From contig JBBRXO010000019.1 in NCBI GenBank assembly GCA_038248345.1, positions 1 to 32,011 of the forward strand: a stretch of 32,011 bases of DNA, written 5' to 3'. Both the position numbers and the translations under genes were made by a program. This DNA is from Armatimonadota bacterium (lineage in GTDB: Bacteria > Armatimonadota > Hebobacteria > CAIYQO01). Positions 28,601 to 32,011 of the stretch are shown here, piece after piece. Each line of letters starts with the position of its first letter. The first letter of the stretch is position 1. The notes beneath the pieces were generated by a model, which worked only from the letters and a program-made list of their open reading frames with translations, did not search any database and was not told where the DNA came from.

Positions 28601-31557
28601 TTATGCGTTCCACTGTTGCCACTTAATTTGTAACGGCCCAGATGAGTGATCGTTACCGGTGATGCACCGACAGTTAACTTCGTCCCCTGGTAGTAATCTC
28701 CCCCGTCAGAACGAAGATTTCCCGGCGTCACTGAGGTGACGAAAACTGTGGGGGTACCTTCATAGTATTTGTTACCATAGACGGTTACTTTATAGGCTTT
28801 ACCCGCTGTCGTGATAGTTACCGTCCCGATATTGACACCTTCATTCATCGATGCTGCGGTACAAGTGACCGTTATATTTTGACAGGCATTCTCATTACTT
28901 ACGGTTCCACTAGTTGATGACAGGCCGATCCAGCCAGCGTCTGCCGAGGCGCTCCAGTTCATCGAGGCAGTGCCAGCGTTCCAAATGGGTAATGTGCCGG
29001 TTGCGGTATTATCTCCTTGCGGTATGGTAATATCCAACACCCGCACAGGGAGCGTCAAACACTCTGATAAAGGAGAACCGTACGTGGTCTGAAAGCCCGT
29101 ATAGCTGTTCTCGCGCAACCCCGCAATAACCGGTGGAATCAAATACGAGATTCCCAATGATCCGGTATATACACCTGTTCCCAGTGAGAAGATGTTGTTC
29201 GTGATCGCGTTGCCACCAATGATTGAAAAATAGGGGTTGGTGGCCCCCACAGTACCCGAGTTTATATTCAACGCATTCACGGTTTCAAAAATGTTTGTTG
29301 TCGTCATAGGTGTCGGTAAGGTAACACCAGGATAAGGCGTACGATTAACGCTTGAATTCGTGTCGCATTGAACATTGAAAACCGATCCTGCCTGGCGAAC
29401 TGTATTGTGACGAAAAACGTTTAGTGATTCAAATTCCCCGACGATTGTGGCGACGTTACTCTTAATATTAGTAAACGTGTTATTCGTGATCAAGCATGAA
29501 GACGCCGGTTGTGTAGCGAGCCACCCGGATTGCCCATTCTGCGTATTAGTGTACCCACGTAACACCACACCAGCTTGTACGTTCAACACCGTATTACGGT
29601 CATAAATAAAATCTGTTCCACCATCATAGATGCACAGCCCGGTACTTCCAGTTCGACCGGAAGTGTACTGGCCCGACTTGGCGGCGAAACTATTATGATA
29701 AATGGCGTATTTTGCCGGCACCATTGAAAGAACAATTGTACTCGTTGAATCAGGGATGACATCCCAGGCGCGATCCACAGTAGTCTCCAATGTTGATGAA
29801 TTGTATGACACGTACCGGCGTCGTTGCCCAGCGCCTTTCCCGGCAATTACAATTATCTGCGGTAAATAGCTATCCCAGGAGCTGCTCCACGTCAGATTAT
29901 TGAACTTCATCATGGTGCTACCGGTGATCTCGATGCTGTTGGTGGTGCCTAACGAAGGTGTGTTCTCGAAGAGTACATTTTCACCGACATTCTGGTCAGG
30001 GCACGCCGGGCGCACGCTCATATCAGTCGTTGTATTATCGCCTAGATAGACATGATAAGATGCGCCGGTATCATTGTAAAACCAGCGCCCCATGCACCAG
30101 CCCGCCGGGTCATTGGGATTTGAATTATCATAATCCTGCGCTGTGCAATTCGTTACACTCATCTCACGCATCTGCTTCACCGGTAACAGCACTGCCGACT
30201 CGTGAGTGCCATAAAAATCAACCTGGTCTAGGAAAACCTGTTTGCACGCGCCTTCAAAGTCTGTGCACGGTGAGATTATTTTACACCCACTCAACAGTAT
30301 ACGCTGGCAACTGGTAAAGATGAGCGCGCTATCGTAGCCAGATTTGAGGCGGACACTCTGCAAGCGTATATCGGCACTAGAGTTCGCAGACAATTGAGAA
30401 CAGCCACTCGCCGGTTTTGCAGATTGATCTATGGTCATATAACTAATATCAACCACACCTGCGCTGCCAAATTGCAGCATATGGTTATTTGCAGGAATGG
30501 TGGAGAATGCGACAATTTTGGTAGCCATCGAAGAATCGTCCATACCATCCCCTAGTAACCGGATGCCATATAAATCGGCTAATTGAGCGCTGATTATATA
30601 GGTTCCCGAAGGAAAATAGAGCGTGCAACGCGAGCCGCGATTTGCGGTGATCAAAGCGTTGATGGCTGCGGTATCGTCGGTGTACCCATCGCCGACCACG
30701 CCATAACTCTGTACGTTGAGGATACCGCCCGTCCATTGCACCCCATCGTTAACGGTCAAGGTTTGCGGTCCACTCCAACCATATTCACCACCACGCCCAT
30801 TGTGTATCCATATCTCATAGGTTCCATTCGCCAAAGATGCAGGTACGGTGAAATCGACTTTATTGGGGTTCGCCGCCGTAACGGTAAGCCATTGTCCTGC
30901 TCCGCCGCTAGGCTTTAGGTATACCCACGAGGTATTCGTCCCTATGTGAGTACTCTTATAACGGGCGAGATTACGACCAAAAGCGCTGACAGTCTGTCCA
31001 CGTGTTGCTACATTCGGGCCAACCCACCACAATTCTGTGCGATTTATTGCGAGCGGACGCCCAAAGCCAGCATTGTTACGTGGCCAGAGAAGATACATGG
31101 CATCATCAGGCAATGCTGCGGGCAAACGAATAATGCCGTTCGTAATGAGACCATTACTATTGGCCTCCATACTCATAATCTCCGCAGGCATTTTAACGGC
31201 ATCATTGGCGGTAGTCTGGCCATAAGCCAGATACTGCGTGTCTTTTCCGTTGTTGACGCCGGTATATCTGGAAATCGCATCACCCGTCAAGGCTAATGAT
31301 TCTCCGGCATCGACAGTACGCGTGTATTCTGCCATCACCGGCGTCCCGGATACCGGGGCTTGTACATCGACAGGGGGGATAAAGATTGACATCTGCACCG
31401 GAAGCGTTGGATTATCTGCCGGTTGCGTTTTATCCGACATGTCCGGATACGTAGCTGCCACACCGGCAGTCGAAGAAGTCGCCAGGAGAAGAAGTAATGT
31501 CATCCCCTGCAGTACCAGCCGGCAGTTGCCGGCCATGATCGAAATTGCCTTTTTCAT
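25675..31557 (-). CDS. Giant secreted multidomain glycan-active protein: pectate-lyase-3-like beta-helix, BACON-like, 3x DUF4082-like, 2x chitobiase-C/FN3-associated, 2x Ig-like, C-terminal LamG
   Basis: Signal peptide; NVQSYGVVGDGYTDDTAAI...LYFPSGTYII; WSASADAGWIGLSSTSG; IRYTTDG(T/S)TPS twice; DGxISKVEFY twice; WKFNENTG...WHHVA...GKVDEVRIYNRVLSAAEI. RBS GAGGT. Confidence 0.88.
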   Translation of the reverse strand: MKKAISIMAGNCRLVLQGMTLLLLLATSSTAGVAATYPDMSDKTQPADNPTLPVQMSIFIPPVDVQAPVSGTPVMAEYTRTVDAGESLALTGDAISRYTGVNNGKDTQYLAYGQTTANDAVKMPAEIMSMEANSNGLITNGIIRLPAALPDDAMYLLWPRNNAGFGRPLAINRTELWWVGPNVATRGQTVSAFGRNLARYKSTHIGTNTSWVYLKPSGGAGQWLTVTAANPNKVDFTVPASLANGTYEIWIHNGRGGEYGWSGPQTLTVNDGVQWTGGILNVQSYGVVGDGYTDDTAAINALITANRGSRCTLYFPSGTYIISAQLADLYGIRLLGDGMDDSSMATKIVAFSTIPANNHMLQFGSAGVVDISYMTIDQSAKPASGCSQLSANSSADIRLQSVRLKSGYDSALIFTSCQRILLSGCKIISPCTDFEGACKQVFLDQVDFYGTHESAVLLPVKQMREMSVTNCTAQDYDNSNPNDPAGWCMGRWFYNDTGASYHVYLGDNTTTDMSVRPACPDQNVGENVLFENTPSLGTTNSIEITGSTMMKFNNLTWSSSWDSYLPQIIVIAGKGAGQRRRYVSYNSSTLETTVDRAWDVIPDSTSTIVLSMVPAKYAIYHNSFAAKSGQYTSGRTGSTGLCIYDGGTDFIYDRNTVLNVQAGVVLRGYTNTQNGQSGWLATQPASSCLITNNTFTNIKSNVATIVGEFESLNVFRHNTVRQAGSVFNVQCDTNSSVNRTPYPGVTLPTPMTTTNIFETVNALNINSGTVGATNPYFSIIGGNAITNNIFSLGTGVYTGSLGISYLIPPVIAGLRENSYTGFQTTYGSPLSECLTLPVRVLDITIPQGDNTATGTLPIWNAGTASMNWSASADAGWIGLSSTSGTVSNENACQNITVTCTAASMNEGVNIGTVTITTAGKAYKVTVYGNKYYEGTPTVFVTSVTPGNLRSDGGDYYQGTKLTVGASPVTITHLGRYKLSGNSGTHNLLLVRASDGGAMASVNISMSGGTVGQFTYALLSSPVTLAANTAYYLGSQEQTGGDTFYEGNTVISATSVATVNGASYRPGGGGGWNLINGTNTSYVPVNFKYATAWQGQQQCDTPRFTPLASSYTAVQNVTISTNTVGATIRYTTDGTTPSATVGTVYSTSVLIDASCNLKAIVYKSGLLDSDVQSGSYSIIWSVPMVTGVTPGSLRTAGGDYYQGMKFTVGATPITVTHLGRYMLNGNYGTHSMLLVRVSDSATIASANVSMTTGAVGQYQYAELSSAVTLPAGTSYYLGCQEVTGGDTFYDGATTLSTTSVASVNGSAYRPGGGGGWNWVGGANTCYVPLDFLYNGCLKPTFSPVAGIYTSAQTMTISCGTKDTIIRYTTDGSTPSETNGTIYTMPITINSTQNFTTVKAIAYKTGCITSDVLSGNYTRIWPVEFVRSIANGNLRTDGGEIYQGFKFTVGATAINLSHMGRYMLTGNSGTHNLRLVRASNNNTIASIDITMIGGTVGQFKYVELPAVLTLDANTSYYVQSQEHDGGDSFLDGVLLTPTQAAQIDCKVWSFNCVGGANYSYGPVSFKYGNLFPTVGLTAPTAGQVYTTAPATVTLTATATDTDGIISKVEFYNGATLLNTDTVAPYTYDWMGVTAGSYTVTAKATDNASAATTSTAVNIRVNAAPIVSITSPITGGTTTAPATISITTNAADSDGTISKVEFYNNGILLGTTTIAPWNYSWTSVAASGASGISLTAKAFDNNNVSTTSAAITYTVTDSALKCFWKFNENTGASAGDSSGTNNVGTLTGTPTWTTGKISSALQFNGTSQYVTKGSATGLPTANASQTVSCWFYVTATPTVRKTAVGVTGASSGIYLGYNSATVFGAWKNGGTPLVTTTTLPTASAWHHVAYVKNGTTGNFNLLYIDGTQVATSATATNTATATTINAARTVSGADYWPGKVDEVRIYNRVLSAAEISSLAAGKQ
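26863..28746 (-). repeat. Three intragenic ~150-aa DUF4082-like repeats (~28294-28746, ~27562-28017, ~26863-27297)
   Basis: Each has LRxxGGxxYQGxK(F/L)TVGA...H(L/M)GRY.L.GN.GTH...TL.A.T.YY...QE..GGD.F. Confidence 0.85.
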
Positions 31558-31785
31558 CGTCAGTACCTCATCTATTGTAAGATAACCCCGCGCAGCTAGC
31601 CTTCATATATTGCAGGTATTGGCGACAGACAGATAAGCTATTGCACCTCTAACTAAACATTACACCCGTAATTTTGAACTCACAATAGAGAGATAACGCA
31701 TAATTACTGGATAATTTATAATCAACAAATAGAATGTCATCATCGTTTCACAAATAGTAGTGGGAAAGCATTTGAGGCAAAGGAA

Positions 31786-31818
31786 CAGCCCATAGTTGCA
31801 TTCTGCGACTATGGGCTG
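31786..31818 (-). terminator. Terminator-like hairpin after the partial gene at the window end
   Basis: CAGCCCATAGTTGCA-TTC-TGCGACTATGGGCTG, then TTCCTTT on the minus strand. Confidence 0.65.
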
Positions 31819-31869
31819 GAGAGTATTTCTTTGTATTTGGGCACCACTGGGGGATACAGATTTATCTCG

Positions 31870-32010
31870 TTACACCTTCGATATCTCCACGAGCATCATG
31901 CCCAGATCTGCGATAGTTTCAGAAATGTTGAGCTGCCCCATCTCGGTGATTACGGTTTTAACCCGAGACATTGGCTCCTGGGCATCCCGGAGGCGGCATA
32001 ATTGTGGCGG
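31870..32010 (-). CDS. Partial CDS (C-terminal 46 aa), possibly a glycoside hydrolase beta-sandwich tail
   Basis: Open frame PPQLCRLRDAQEPMSRVKTVITEMGQLNISETIADLGMMLVEISKV* followed by a hairpin; only a weak resemblance to GH39-type C-termini. Confidence 0.45.
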   Translation of the reverse strand, partial: PPQLCRLRDAQEPMSRVKTVITEMGQLNISETIADLGMMLVEISKV

Positions 32011-32011
32011 A

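Overview
Bacterial chromosomal window; the prepilin-like gene style suggests Armatimonadota or a PVC-like lineage (inference). The left ~3 kb is a mobile-DNA hotspot around a minus-strand tRNA-Thr(UGU). It holds seven TTGGTGCCA repeats downstream of the tRNA, an apparently 5'-truncated group II intron with an open RT/maturase ORF, three TTATATGAACG sites, a truncated small ORF ending in a perfect 24-bp palindrome, and three IS-like terminal repeats. The rest (3.2-32 kb) is a polysaccharide/amino-sugar utilisation locus. It encodes two divergent CE7-like esterases, a CBM9-like protein, a PIG-L deacetylase, a NagB-like protein, two AraC regulators, a URO-D-family protein, a secreted PHP-like protein, a heparinase II/III-like HEAT fusion, a GH50-like hydrolase, two tandem-duplicated type IV prepilin-like (H-X9-DG) genes and a 1960-aa secreted beta-helix protein. 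No transporter gene is recognisable in the window. The most striking observation is that each pilin-like protein ends in a ~150-aa DUF4082-like module that also occurs three times in the adjacent giant protein, and each pilin matches a different module subtype. All family assignments come from motif recognition by eye; no searches were run.
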